DNA from: Polyangiales bacterium
GTDB taxonomy: Bacteria; Myxococcota_A; Polyangia; Polyangiales; JAFGIB01
Direction: 5' to 3'
NCBI GenBank assembly: GCA_035274465.1
Contig: DATEOF010000468.1
Coordinates: 8,044-72,043, forward strand
Length of the DNA stretch: 64,000 nt
The notes under the pieces were generated by a model that saw only the letters and a list, made by a program, of their open reading frames with translations, was not told where the DNA came from and made no database searches. The position numbers and the translations under genes are program-made. Of this stretch, positions 9,640 to 19,520 are shown piece by piece (the first letter of the stretch is position 1; each line of letters opens with the position of its first letter).

Positions 9640-10462
9640 CTTGGGTTTGTTCGTCGGCGTGCTCGCGCTGACGCGAGGAGTTCACGCGCAAGTGGAGCCC
9701 GTGCCGCCGCAGGCCCTGCCTCCGGCGCCCCCCGCGGAGTGCGTGCCCACGTGCCGCAGCGGGTTCATGTGCATCTCGGGTCAGTGCGTCTCGAACTGCA
9801 ATCCGCCGTGCGCGCAGGGTGAGCAGTGCAGCGGCGGAGAGTGCGTCGCACCGCCTCCAGCGCAGCCGGAAGCTGCGATGTTGCCGCCGCCGGATCCAGG
9901 CATCGAACGCCACGATGGCTTCATGCTGCGGCTGGCGCTCGGCTTCGGCTGGGGCGGCGTCACGGCCTCGGCCGAAAATAGTTCCGATGACGTGACGCTC
10001 AGCGGTTTCAGCGCGAGCTTCTCGTTCGACATCGGCGGCGCGATCGTCGAGAACCTGGTGCTGCACGCGCGCATCTCGGACCTCTCGATCGTCAACCCGA
10101 CGCTCTACATGAACGGTGAGAAGGTTGGCGAGAGCGAGGACGCCTCACTCACCGGCGTCTTCTTCGGGCCGGCGCTCACGTATTACATCATGCCCGCAAA
10201 CCTGTACCTGACACTCGGTCTGGGCATGTCATGGCTGACCTTCGACACTGACGTTCGGAGCTCGAGGGATCGGACGCGGGACAGCGACCTGGGGTTCGGA
10301 CTCAACTTCGACATCGGCAAGGAGTGGTGGGTCTCGGACAACTGGGGCCTCGGGGTCGCCGCGCGCTTCTGGTACACGCACTTGACCGACACCGTGAGCG
10401 AGGTCGATGCCAAGTACGACCTGCTGGGCTTCGCGGTCTTCTTCAGCGCGACCTACAACTAG
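9620..10462 (+). CDS. exported protein: Cys-rich myxobacterial-type repeats plus beta-barrel-like C-terminal domain
   Basis: TTG start with signal peptide ...LALTRGVHA/Q. Repeats CVPTCRSGFMCISGQCVSNCNPPCAQGEQCSGGECV. The C-terminal half has alternating hydrophobic strands ending FAVFFSATYN. Confidence 0.6.
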   Translation: MRYSICTLGLFVGVLALTRGVHAQVEPVPPQALPPAPPAECVPTCRSGFMCISGQCVSNCNPPCAQGEQCSGGECVAPPPAQPEAAMLPPPDPGIERHDGFMLRLALGFGWGGVTASAENSSDDVTLSGFSASFSFDIGGAIVENLVLHARISDLSIVNPTLYMNGEKVGESEDASLTGVFFGPALTYYIMPANLYLTLGLGMSWLTFDTDVRSSRDRTRDSDLGFGLNFDIGKEWWVSDNWGLGVAARFWYTHLTDTVSEVDAKYDLLGFAVFFSATYN

Positions 10463-10464
10463 GC

Positions 10465-11211
10465 TCAGGCAGCCTTGCTGCGCCGTCTACGAAGAACGTG
10501 TTCCTCCAGCGCGGGCCGCATGGCCATCCAGTACCAATGCAAGTAGCTGGGCAGCCACTCCGCGAGGCGGAACCGGCTGACGCCTGCGACGCGTTCGCGC
10601 CATTGACTGGGAACCTCATCGACCTTCAAGCCGGCGAGATGGGCTTTGACCGTGAGCTCGAGCGCGAGCTCGAAACCCGAAGCGCTTTCGATCGTCACGC
10701 TTTCGAGAAAGTCACGCCGGTAGCCGCGGAAGTTCGTCGTTGCGTCGTGCGTGCCGAGCTGCGCGACCCAATGCAAGCTCAAGCCACACAGTCGTGAGAG
10801 TGTACTCTTGAGCAGCGGCCCGCCCGACTGAGAGCCTCCCGGCATGTATCGCGATCCAGCGACCACCGCGGCACCCGCACGCAGCCGCTCCACCATGGGC
10901 AGAATCACCTCCGGCGGGTCCGAGAGATCAGCCATGACGGTGATGATGGCATCGCCGCGCGCAGCGGCGAAACCGCTGCGGATTGCGTTGATCACGCCCT
11001 TGCCGCGGTCATTCTTTACGCGTCGCAACGAGGCGGGCAATCGGGCTTGAGCATCGAGCGCTGCGAGGGTCGTGTCCTCGTCGAAGTCATAGCAAATGAG
11101 CAGCTCGTGATCGTGGCCCGCGAGCGCGCGCTCGAGCCCACGCACCGATGTGACGATGTTGTCCCCTTCGTTGTAGACCGGCAAGACCAGGCTGATCATC
11201 TCGGGTTGCAC
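10465..11211 (-). CDS. family 2 glycosyltransferase, polyprenyl-phosphate sugar synthase type (Dpm1/GtrB/ArnC-like)
   Basis: SLVLPVYNEGDNI opening, then ICYDFDEDTT and VMADLSDPPE. C-terminal region without long TM segments. 248 aa. Confidence 0.85.
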   Translation of the reverse strand: MQPEMISLVLPVYNEGDNIVTSVRGLERALAGHDHELLICYDFDEDTTLAALDAQARLPASLRRVKNDRGKGVINAIRSGFAAARGDAIITVMADLSDPPEVILPMVERLRAGAAVVAGSRYMPGGSQSGGPLLKSTLSRLCGLSLHWVAQLGTHDATTNFRGYRRDFLESVTIESASGFELALELTVKAHLAGLKVDEVPSQWRERVAGVSRFRLAEWLPSYLHWYWMAMRPALEEHVLRRRRSKAA

Positions 11212-11223
11212 CGGGATCTCCGC

Positions 11224-12246
11224 TCAGATCGTTCCAGCTTCGATTTGCTGTGCGATCCACGGGATGACTTCGTCGAGCATTTCAGCCAACGTGGTCTCGG
11301 TCCGAAATCCCAACAAACGCGCAGCCTTTTCGACGTTCGGCACGCGCCGCTGCACGTCGTGAGGGAACGGCGCGTCGCAGACGTAGCGGAACGGCCGGCG
11401 CTCGCCGTGCACTGCGCGCCAGATCGCGGCGCCCAGCTCGAGAACCGTCGTCGACGCGGCGGTCGAGATGTTGAAGTCCTCGTCGAGTGCCGCGGGATGC
11501 TCGATGCATGCGCGGATTCCCCGCGCGAGGTCGCCGCCGTACGTGTAGTGCCGCACCTGTTGGCCATCGCCGAGCAGGTGTAACGGGTCCTGGCCCTTCA
11601 GCACCTTTTGAACCAGATCGGGCACGACATGGCTCATCGCCAGCCGTACATTGCCGGACGACACCTCGGCATCACCGAGCGCGCGCCGTTCACCGATGCC
11701 GACGCAGTTGAAGGGGCGGACGATGGTGAACGGTAGGCCGTATTGCTGCTTGGCTCCGCGCGCGAAGTATTCGGTCGCCAGCTTCTGGAAACCGTAGGTG
11801 GACTCCGGTGGCGGGCACTCGTTCTGGTGTCCCTCGGGCGTCGGGAAGACCGTCGCGCACTCGAACACCATGGAGGACGACATCACGGTGATCTTCTTCA
11901 AACGCCGCTCGCCGTGGGCCCAGATCGCTGCATCGAAGGCTGCGGATGTGATGCGCTCGTTGGTGGCGAGCAGGTCGTAGGCGTACTCGTGAAAGTACGA
12001 GATGCCGCCGATCATCGCCGCGCCCGCGACGAAATGGTCGCAGTCCGCCAGCAGCTCTTTCACCAATGTCGTATCGCGCGCATCGCCTTCTACCAATCGG
12101 TAGCGCGGGTCGTCGTCATAGCTCTTGGTGACCCGACCGTACTTGCTGAAGTTGTCGAGGCCGACGACTTCATGACCGTGGGCGAGCAGCTCCTGGATGA
12201 GATAGCCGGCGATGAAACCGCTCGCGCCCGTGACGAGAGTCTTCAT
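11224..12246 (-). CDS. NAD-dependent epimerase/dehydratase (extended SDR)
   Basis: MKTLVTGASGFIAGYL Rossmann motif and a YxxxK-type core. Its ATG overlaps the upstream stop (ATGA at 12243-12246). Confidence 0.9.
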   Translation of the reverse strand: MKTLVTGASGFIAGYLIQELLAHGHEVVGLDNFSKYGRVTKSYDDDPRYRLVEGDARDTTLVKELLADCDHFVAGAAMIGGISYFHEYAYDLLATNERITSAAFDAAIWAHGERRLKKITVMSSSMVFECATVFPTPEGHQNECPPPESTYGFQKLATEYFARGAKQQYGLPFTIVRPFNCVGIGERRALGDAEVSSGNVRLAMSHVVPDLVQKVLKGQDPLHLLGDGQQVRHYTYGGDLARGIRACIEHPAALDEDFNISTAASTTVLELGAAIWRAVHGERRPFRYVCDAPFPHDVQRRVPNVEKAARLLGFRTETTLAEMLDEVIPWIAQQIEAGTI

Positions 12247-13430
12247 AGGATCTTGATCCGCGCGTCAGTCATGTTCCAAACATCCACCACGGGTAACGTG
12301 CCGAAATCGAGGGAGCGGTACTCGCTGTGCGGCGTCGCCACGACGATTAGATCCGACTGCTGCAGCAGCTCCGGGATGGGTGTGACCTGTTCTGCAGGTA
12401 GAAAAGGGTCGTGGACCAGCACACTGTGGGCATGCGTCGCGAGGTTCCTGCGCAGCTTGAACGCGAGCGAGTCGCGTATGTCGTCACAATCGGCCTTGAA
12501 CGTCATACCCAGGATACCGACGGTCATCTCTTCGAGCGGGAAGCGTGCTCGCACGCGCTCGACCAGGTAGTTTGGCAAACCCTCGTTGACCAGCATGGCA
12601 GCGTGTCCGAGGAAGAAGTGATTTCGGTGAAATGCAGCGAGCTGCATCGTGTCTTTGAACAAGCAGGGGCCTGCCGCCAAGCCGGCGGTCGGAAACCCCG
12701 CCGCGCGCGGATACGCGTGCGTCATGGCGGCGTGGATCTCGTAGAAGTCGACCCCGTAGTCGTTGGCGATCGTGAAGAACTGGTTCGCGACGGCGAACTG
12801 AATGTAGCGAGATGCGTTGTTGTAGAGCTTGGTCAGCTCCGCAGCGATCGGCGACAGCGTCACGATCTCGGGTGCGATCTGTGAAAAGAGCTCTGCCGCA
12901 CGTCGCTCTGCCGATGGAGTGCACCCCGAGACCAGTTGCGGCAGCGATGAGATCTCGCGCAGTGCCACGCCTTGCGCGACGCGCTCCGGACACATTGCGA
13001 CGTCGATCGCGAGGCCGCGATTTCGAAAAAGCCGCGCGATCAACTCGGTCGTGCCCGGATAGACCGTGCTGCGGATGATGAAGAGCTGCCCGTCACGAAA
13101 CACCGGACCGGCGGCGTCGATCGACTCCTGGACGGCCTCCGTCTCGGGGTTCAGGTGGCCGCCGATCGGTGTGCCTATCACCGTGACGATCACGTCTGCT
13201 GAAGCGATCACCGAGTGGTCCGTCGTGCAGTAGAACGTCTTCCTCTCCAGGCACTGGGCGAGCGCCTCATCGGCACCCTCGTCGAGAAACGGCATGCGGC
13301 CAGCGTTGGTGGCAGCGACCTTCTCGGCATCCAGATCGATGCCGACGACGTGTTTGCCCTTCAGTGCAAAGGCGAGCCCCAGTGGTAGACCGACGTGCCC
13401 ACAACCGCCGATGATGCAAATGTCCGGCAT
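12243..13430 (-). CDS. nucleotide-sugar (UDP-glucose/GDP-mannose family) dehydrogenase
   Basis: N-terminal IIGGCGHVGLPLG Rossmann motif, catalytic-Cys context GPCLFKD, 395 aa. Confidence 0.9.
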   Translation of the reverse strand: MPDICIIGGCGHVGLPLGLAFALKGKHVVGIDLDAEKVAATNAGRMPFLDEGADEALAQCLERKTFYCTTDHSVIASADVIVTVIGTPIGGHLNPETEAVQESIDAAGPVFRDGQLFIIRSTVYPGTTELIARLFRNRGLAIDVAMCPERVAQGVALREISSLPQLVSGCTPSAERRAAELFSQIAPEIVTLSPIAAELTKLYNNASRYIQFAVANQFFTIANDYGVDFYEIHAAMTHAYPRAAGFPTAGLAAGPCLFKDTMQLAAFHRNHFFLGHAAMLVNEGLPNYLVERVRARFPLEEMTVGILGMTFKADCDDIRDSLAFKLRRNLATHAHSVLVHDPFLPAEQVTPIPELLQQSDLIVVATPHSEYRSLDFGTLPVVDVWNMTDARIKIL

Positions 13431-13438
13431 GCTTTCGA

Positions 13439-14311
13439 CTACGCGCTCGAGGTTGCAGGCTGGCTTGCAGCTGAGGGCGGCTTGGTTCCCCAGGTGATGA
13501 GAAAGGTTCCGAACCAGCGCGCCAGGCCGCTGCGCTCGAAGGCGGCGTCGAACAGGTTGTATGCAGCGAGCAGCCGATTCAGGCTTTGCAGCGCAACCGC
13601 ACGATACGCGATGCCTGATTGGGCACGTTGTCTTACATCGCGAAGGCCCGCTGCCACGAAGGCTCGGCGCAACTCGCCGCCGAGCAGTGGGCGCTCGTTG
13701 GGACTAACCCCGGCGGAGCTGTAGAAGGGACTGCGCGGCCAGCGAAACAGCGCCATCGCCGGATGCATGAGGTTTGGGTCGAAGGCAAAGACGACGCCGC
13801 CCGGCCGCAGGACGCGGGCTCCCTCGATCAGCGCGCGCGCGAAATCGGGGATGTGGTGAAGCACGCTGCTGAAGGCAACGGCATCGAAGCTCGCGTCGGG
13901 GAACGGTAGCGCGTGGGCGTCGGCGACCTGGAACGTATCTGCCGGGAACAGTGCGCGCGCGCGTTCGATCGCGACCTCCGAGAGATCGACGCCGACGTAG
14001 TGCCGAACGGACTCACGGTAGACTTGGCGCGAGTGGCCCGTTCCGCAGCCGATATCCAGCAGCGTATCGAGGCGTGAGGCACGCGCGGCTTCACCGAAGC
14101 GAACGCGCAGAAGTTTCCAGCCTGCGTCGTCGAACGGGTTGAAGTCACCGCGTTCGGTGACCATACGATTGAAGGTTTCAGCCTCGGTGGCGCGAACGCG
14201 TTCCAACTCGAGTTGGCTGATCGGCATGTCGTCAAATGCTACATCGAACAGCTCGAAGTACTGCGGCCATCGGCGCTGGACGGCGCTCTCGGTGCGCTGG
14301 TTCGACCACAT
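13439..14311 (-). CDS. class I SAM-dependent methyltransferase
   Basis: LLDIGCGTGHS motif I, VGVDLSE, and FDAVAFSSVLHHI followed by LRPGGVVF. Confidence 0.85.
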   Translation of the reverse strand: MWSNQRTESAVQRRWPQYFELFDVAFDDMPISQLELERVRATEAETFNRMVTERGDFNPFDDAGWKLLRVRFGEAARASRLDTLLDIGCGTGHSRQVYRESVRHYVGVDLSEVAIERARALFPADTFQVADAHALPFPDASFDAVAFSSVLHHIPDFARALIEGARVLRPGGVVFAFDPNLMHPAMALFRWPRSPFYSSAGVSPNERPLLGGELRRAFVAAGLRDVRQRAQSGIAYRAVALQSLNRLLAAYNLFDAAFERSGLARWFGTFLITWGTKPPSAASQPATSSA

Positions 14312-14415
14312 GGGCGCACTGGCGACGTCAACATACAGGTGGGCGTCGTAGTGCCGGTGCTCTCGCCCTACGCGAGCCTTGTCGGTGGACTTGTGGCTTA
14401 CGCTAAGCTGTCACA

Positions 14416-16629
14416 ATGGTTTCGCGCTCGCGCTGGTACTTACAGGTTCGCGATCCTCGATGTTGGCTCGCACTTGTGTCCACGTCGTCGAGCTATCTGC
14501 TGACAGTGTCACTGATAGGCACGCTGGCGGCCAAGTTGGTGCAGCTGGAGGCCATCGACGGAGCGGAGCGCGAGGTGCTTCCGCGCCTGACGGTCTGCGC
14601 TCCCGATGTCGCAGTGCTCACCGGGCTGGCCGCGCTGCTCAGCGCCGGAGAATTCCTGGGTGTGCAGCGCGGGCTCAACCTGATCAAGTGGTCTGCGCGC
14701 AGCCTGGCGTTCCTGGTCTTCGTCTTCGCGGGATTCAACGCCGCATACATGAGCGTTACGGGCGATCAGCTCACGGCCAGCATCATCGTCATGGGATGGC
14801 ATCGCTTGCACGACGCGTACGGCATCCTGTTGGAAGAGTTGCGCCAGCACCAGCTCGAGATCGGTGCGGCTGTCGCGTTGCTTATCGGCCTGCCGCTGGC
14901 AGCTGCGCGACTGCTTCGCCGCTCCACGGATACCTCGCCGGTGCTCAGCCCCGCCTGGCCGCTCACCGTGTGCTCGGCGTGTGCCGCGCTGGTCTGGGCG
15001 CTCTTGCCGGCGCCTACATCGTTGCCCGTCGCTCGCCTCGCGCGCAGCGCGACCGTGGCGAGCTATCTCACCTGGATGCAGAGCTCGATGAGCGCGATGG
15101 TTGGGCCCGAGGGTGCGGAGGGTCTGCACCTTCAGCCGTTGGTCGAGAGCGAGCAGCAGAACCCGACGAGCCGCTACAACGTGGTCGTGATCGCGATCGA
15201 GTCGCTGCGCGCCGACTTCACCAGCCTGAGCTCCGCGGCGCGCGTACAGACGCCGAACATCGCCGCGCTCGCCCAGCGAGCTGCCTTCACCGACTCTGCC
15301 AGTACACCCGTGCCGCACACGACCAAGGCGCTCTTCGCCTCGCACTGCGGCCGCATGCCGTTCTGGCAGTCGTCGCCCCAGGAGCTCAATGACCTGGTGC
15401 ACGTGCAGTGTCTTGGACAGCTGCTGCGAGACCAGGGTTATGCGACCGCGTTCCTTCAGTCCGCGGTCGGGGCCTTCGAAGATCGACCGCGGCTCGTGCA
15501 TCGCCTGGGTTACGAGCACTTCGAGGGCTGGGAGAACATCGGCGGAGAGCCGCTCGGCTATCTGTCTTCGGATGACCTCTCGCTCGCGACTGCGCTGGAT
15601 CACTTCCTCGACGGCTTGCCTCGCGACCGACCGTTCCTGACGACGCTCCTCACGTCTGCGACCCATCACCCGTACCGCTTGCCGCAGGCCGATCTGGACG
15701 GCCTACAGGCCGAGGGTGTCGACCCCGACTCCATCAAGTCCGAGGCGCGCTACGGCAAGCTCGCGGCGCGTGCCGACAAGCTGGTGGGCGAGGTGGTTTC
15801 GAGCCTCGAACGGCGCGGCTTGCGCGATCGTACGCTGATCGTCGTGTTCGGCGATCACGGCGAGGGGTTCGGCGAGAAGGGCGTGCGCCAGCACGACAAC
15901 AACTATTACCAGGAGAGCCTGCGAGTACCGCTCATCCTCGCGGGCCCTGGCGTGCGGCCACAGCGCCTCGCCGACGACGTGAGTCTGCTCGACATCACTC
16001 CCACGTTGCTGGACCTGCTGGGGTTCGACGTCATCCAGCGCGACGATCCTTTGTACGGAAGGCGCGCCCTCGTGCACTACGCCGGGAAGCGCACCGAGTA
16101 CTTCGCCTGTTACTACGACGGTGTGTGTTACGGCATGGTGCGCGGCAATCGCAAGCTGGTGGTGTTACCTGAGCTGAAGCGCGCGCTGAGCTTCGACCTC
16201 GCCGCGGATCCAGACGAGCGACGCCCCGCGCAGGTGAGCGACGATGCGCCCGAAGTCGCAGAGCTCGCCAAGCTCGCGCCTCAGCTGCGCATTCCCGGCG
16301 AGTTGCCGGCCTACACCAAGGACCTGAGGTTCGACAACGGCTGGTCCTGCCCCGCTTCCGGCTTCTGCCGTCACCCCAAGACTCCGAAGGGCTTGTTCTT
16401 TGCGCCTGCCCGGCCCGAACAGTGCGTCCAGGTGAAGCCAAACGACGACCACATGTTGTCACTGCACAACGTGTGCTCGGGTTCGATGGTATGTCAGGTC
16501 AGTTTGATGGCCGACACCAGCGGACGGCAGGTCATCAAGCTGAAGCCGGATGAGTCACGCGACCTGGTGTTGGATCGCCATGCGGATGCAGAGAACTTCA
16601 AGTACAAGGTCGACTGCCAGTTCCTGTGA
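14416..16629 (+). CDS. LTA-synthase/sulfatase-family membrane phosphotransferase with Cys-containing C-terminal extension
   Basis: N-terminal TM bundle, then an alkaline-phosphatase-superfamily core (YNVVVIAIESLRADF, TSATHHPY, VVFGDHGEGFG). An extra ~130 aa follows with several Cys. Start uncertain. Confidence 0.8.
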   Translation: MVSRSRWYLQVRDPRCWLALVSTSSSYLLTVSLIGTLAAKLVQLEAIDGAEREVLPRLTVCAPDVAVLTGLAALLSAGEFLGVQRGLNLIKWSARSLAFLVFVFAGFNAAYMSVTGDQLTASIIVMGWHRLHDAYGILLEELRQHQLEIGAAVALLIGLPLAAARLLRRSTDTSPVLSPAWPLTVCSACAALVWALLPAPTSLPVARLARSATVASYLTWMQSSMSAMVGPEGAEGLHLQPLVESEQQNPTSRYNVVVIAIESLRADFTSLSSAARVQTPNIAALAQRAAFTDSASTPVPHTTKALFASHCGRMPFWQSSPQELNDLVHVQCLGQLLRDQGYATAFLQSAVGAFEDRPRLVHRLGYEHFEGWENIGGEPLGYLSSDDLSLATALDHFLDGLPRDRPFLTTLLTSATHHPYRLPQADLDGLQAEGVDPDSIKSEARYGKLAARADKLVGEVVSSLERRGLRDRTLIVVFGDHGEGFGEKGVRQHDNNYYQESLRVPLILAGPGVRPQRLADDVSLLDITPTLLDLLGFDVIQRDDPLYGRRALVHYAGKRTEYFACYYDGVCYGMVRGNRKLVVLPELKRALSFDLAADPDERRPAQVSDDAPEVAELAKLAPQLRIPGELPAYTKDLRFDNGWSCPASGFCRHPKTPKGLFFAPARPEQCVQVKPNDDHMLSLHNVCSGSMVCQVSLMADTSGRQVIKLKPDESRDLVLDRHADAENFKYKVDCQFL

Positions 16630-16632
16630 CCT

Positions 16633-17661
16633 TCAGCTGCCGTCGTTCACGTGGTCGAATGCGTTGGGCTTGGTGAAGAACGTGGCCAGGCTACGCGCAG
16701 CCGAGAACAGCGATGGATGTTCGGAGCGAACCCCGCGGTAGTAGTTCAAGCCGTAGGCGAGCGTGACGCCCTTCAGCGCCAGGCGTTCCATGCCGAGGCG
16801 ATCGATCGCGTCGGCCATGCGCAGGGCCACGGCGCTGACGGCAGCACCCGCGCGGGGAGCCACGACGGCGCCGAGCAAGAGCGGCCGGGCGAGCGGGTTC
16901 ATCAGCAGCAAGTAGTGCCAGGGATCGTTGTAGCCGTCGTCGGGGTGTTTGTTCGAGATGCGTGAGTCGTAGACGCCGTACAGGAACGCGCGCCGCAGCC
17001 AGACTTCGAGCTGCGTGTGATCCGAGCGGTGGGTGACGCTGGCGTGTTCGGAGAACGCGAAGCGCGCGCCGGCCTTCTTGAAGCGGATACCGAGATCGCG
17101 ATCCTCCGAGCGCTGCAGCGACAGATCGAAGCCGCCGACCTCGAGGTAGCGCGCGCGCCGGAAGCTGACGTTGCCGGTGCACAGCGCGGCGCCGGGGATG
17201 GGCTTGCCCGCGCGCATGTCCGCGAGGAACAGCGCCAGCTGCGCGGCGTGGAAGCGCTCGAACAAGGGCTTGGCGCTCAAGTTGTCCGGTGCGCGGATCA
17301 AGCCGAGCACGACCTCGAAGCCGCGCGTGTGCAAGCCGTGGTGGCTGGCCAGGAAGTCGGGCGCCACACGCATGTCGTCATCGACGATCACGATCAAGTC
17401 GCCGCGAGAGGCCAGGATGCCCGCGTGTCGCGCCCTGGCTTGACCGGTGTTGTGCTGTTCGATCACCTGCAGCGCGAAGGGCCAGTTGCGCTCCCTGAGC
17501 AGCGGCTCGATCGGCTGCAGTGAGCCGTCGTCGACGACCGTGACGTCGAAGCCTTCGCTCATTCCCTCCTGGTGCGCCAGGTCGTCGAGCAACTCCAGCA
17601 GCAGCTTCGCGCGGTTGTACGTCGCGATCACGACCGACGTTGTCCCGCGCGAAGTCACCAC
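16633..17661 (-). CDS. family 2 glycosyltransferase
   Basis: SVVIATYNRAKLLLELLDDLAHQ, VTVVDDGS, IVIVDDDM (DxD). Confidence 0.85.
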   Translation of the reverse strand: MVTSRGTTSVVIATYNRAKLLLELLDDLAHQEGMSEGFDVTVVDDGSLQPIEPLLRERNWPFALQVIEQHNTGQARARHAGILASRGDLIVIVDDDMRVAPDFLASHHGLHTRGFEVVLGLIRAPDNLSAKPLFERFHAAQLALFLADMRAGKPIPGAALCTGNVSFRRARYLEVGGFDLSLQRSEDRDLGIRFKKAGARFAFSEHASVTHRSDHTQLEVWLRRAFLYGVYDSRISNKHPDDGYNDPWHYLLLMNPLARPLLLGAVVAPRAGAAVSAVALRMADAIDRLGMERLALKGVTLAYGLNYYRGVRSEHPSLFSAARSLATFFTKPNAFDHVNDGS

Positions 17662-17668
17662 GGCCGGC

Positions 17669-19267
17669 TCAGCTCGGCTCGCTGCGTGCCGCCTTCACCG
17701 AGCGGATCAAGTGGTTCAGCTCGCGCAGATCGATCGCGCGCAGACCGATCGCCAGCATGCCGTACACGAGCAGATCCAGCGGGAGGCGCAGCAGCGGCGC
17801 AGGCGGCAACATGTGATCGAAGCCGGCGACCACGACACAGATCACGAGCGACTTGGTGACCGCGCGCATCAGGCGCGCAGTGAGTATTCCTCGACCGATG
17901 CGCACCACCGCCAGCGCCACCACGAGCACCTCGGTCGTGGACAACGCGATCGCCGCACCGGCCGCATCGCCACCCTGGCCGATCCAGTGCCGGACCAGCG
18001 GAACCATCGCCAAGCTCAGCAACGGGGCCGCGAGCACGTTGGCGATCGAGATCGTGGACAGCGACCAGCCGTGGCCGTGCGTGATCAGGCCGTTGGCTAG
18101 GATCATCGCCGCGTAGGTGAAGACGAACATCACGATCAGCACCTGAAACGCCAGCGTGCCAGGCACGTAGGCGGGGCCGAGCGCGAGCAGCACGAAGTAT
18201 TCGCCGCCGAGCGCGCCGACAAGCACCAGCGGGATGCTCACGAGCAAGAGTGCTTCGAGCGAATAGGCCAGGATCATGTTGACCTGTTCGACCGAGCGCG
18301 CTCGGGCGCGCGACAGGAGCGGCAGCTGCACCCACTGCAGGATCGGGCTGAAGATCATCGCCAGACCGGCAAGGTTGAGCGTCGCGCCGTACCAGCCGAG
18401 CTCGTGGCTGTCACTCTTCAGCACCTCGAGCGCCATGAAGTTCAGCGGTCCGCCGAGCGCGATGGCGATCGTGCCGACGTAGAACGGAAAGCTCTTGACC
18501 AACACGGCGCGCGTCGCCGGCAGATCCACGCGCCACTTCAGATCGACCGCTGCGCGCGCCGCGGGGTATAGCAGCCAGGTCTTGAACGCCTCGCTCAAGA
18601 AGGCCGGCAAGGCGAACAACCACAGCCAGTCTGTATCGCCGTGCCAGATGGCTATCATCAGGCCCAGGCCCCAGGCGACCTTGGCGATCACGTTGGCCGC
18701 TGCCAGCCGTTCGGTACTGTCGGTGGCCTGTAGCAGCGTCCCGAGCAGCGAGTTGAGGGTCGCTGTCAGGTAGGTACATCCGCAAACGGTGGCTGCAGCC
18801 AACAGCGTCGGCGACTTGCCGCGCAGGATCAGCACGCCGAGCATCGCCGCCATCAGCCCGATGCCGACGACGGCGCGGACGATGTTGACGCCTGCGAAAT
18901 AGTCGGAGGTGTGGTGTGGGCGGGTAGCCGCTTCTCGCATCGCGTACGCGTCCACGCCCAGGTTCGCGAACACGAAGAAGCCGGCCGCGAATGTCTCCAC
19001 GAAGGACAGGTCACCGAACGCGAGCGGACCGAGGTGACGCGGGATCGCGAAGCGCACCAGTAGCGCGACGGTCCAGGTACAGGCCAACGAAACGCCCATG
19101 TGGCGCGTGGCACGCCACGCACGGTGCAGCTCCTGGTGCAGCGAATTGGGCCGGGGGATCGGCGTGTGTGGCACATGTGCCACTGCGCCATGGAGTCCGG
19201 CTCCTTCGTGAGTGGCCTCTTCGGCCCCCTCTGCGGTGCGCTCCATCATGTTCCCCGGACCAGGCAT
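17669..19267 (-). CDS. oligosaccharide/polysaccharide flippase (MOP/Wzx-like)
   Basis: About 12-14 TM segments throughout, with family-like composition. The track ORF extends to 19396. ATG 19267 (MPGPGN...) or a nearby Met is more plausible. Confidence 0.75.
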   Translation of the reverse strand: MPGPGNMMERTAEGAEEATHEGAGLHGAVAHVPHTPIPRPNSLHQELHRAWRATRHMGVSLACTWTVALLVRFAIPRHLGPLAFGDLSFVETFAAGFFVFANLGVDAYAMREAATRPHHTSDYFAGVNIVRAVVGIGLMAAMLGVLILRGKSPTLLAAATVCGCTYLTATLNSLLGTLLQATDSTERLAAANVIAKVAWGLGLMIAIWHGDTDWLWLFALPAFLSEAFKTWLLYPAARAAVDLKWRVDLPATRAVLVKSFPFYVGTIAIALGGPLNFMALEVLKSDSHELGWYGATLNLAGLAMIFSPILQWVQLPLLSRARARSVEQVNMILAYSLEALLLVSIPLVLVGALGGEYFVLLALGPAYVPGTLAFQVLIVMFVFTYAAMILANGLITHGHGWSLSTISIANVLAAPLLSLAMVPLVRHWIGQGGDAAGAAIALSTTEVLVVALAVVRIGRGILTARLMRAVTKSLVICVVVAGFDHMLPPAPLLRLPLDLLVYGMLAIGLRAIDLRELNHLIRSVKAARSEPS

Positions 19268-19520
19268 CTCAGCGCGCTCGGTCGAGCCGTTCGGCAAGGT
19301 TTCTGAAGCTCCTCGCGGCCACCCGCCACCACATCTCCTGAGTCGGATGTCGCCTCGAAGCAGCGCGAGTATTGCAGGCACCGGTATGCGAGACAAGAGT
19401 AGCGACGCTGTGTGCGAGCGGTGCGCGCAAACCTCGCGTTTGGCCAGAGCATGGTTTAGGTCTTTCAGGAGTAGATGGAAGTGAACTGGTCATCACACGC
19501 CGTCGAATCAACGGGAATAC

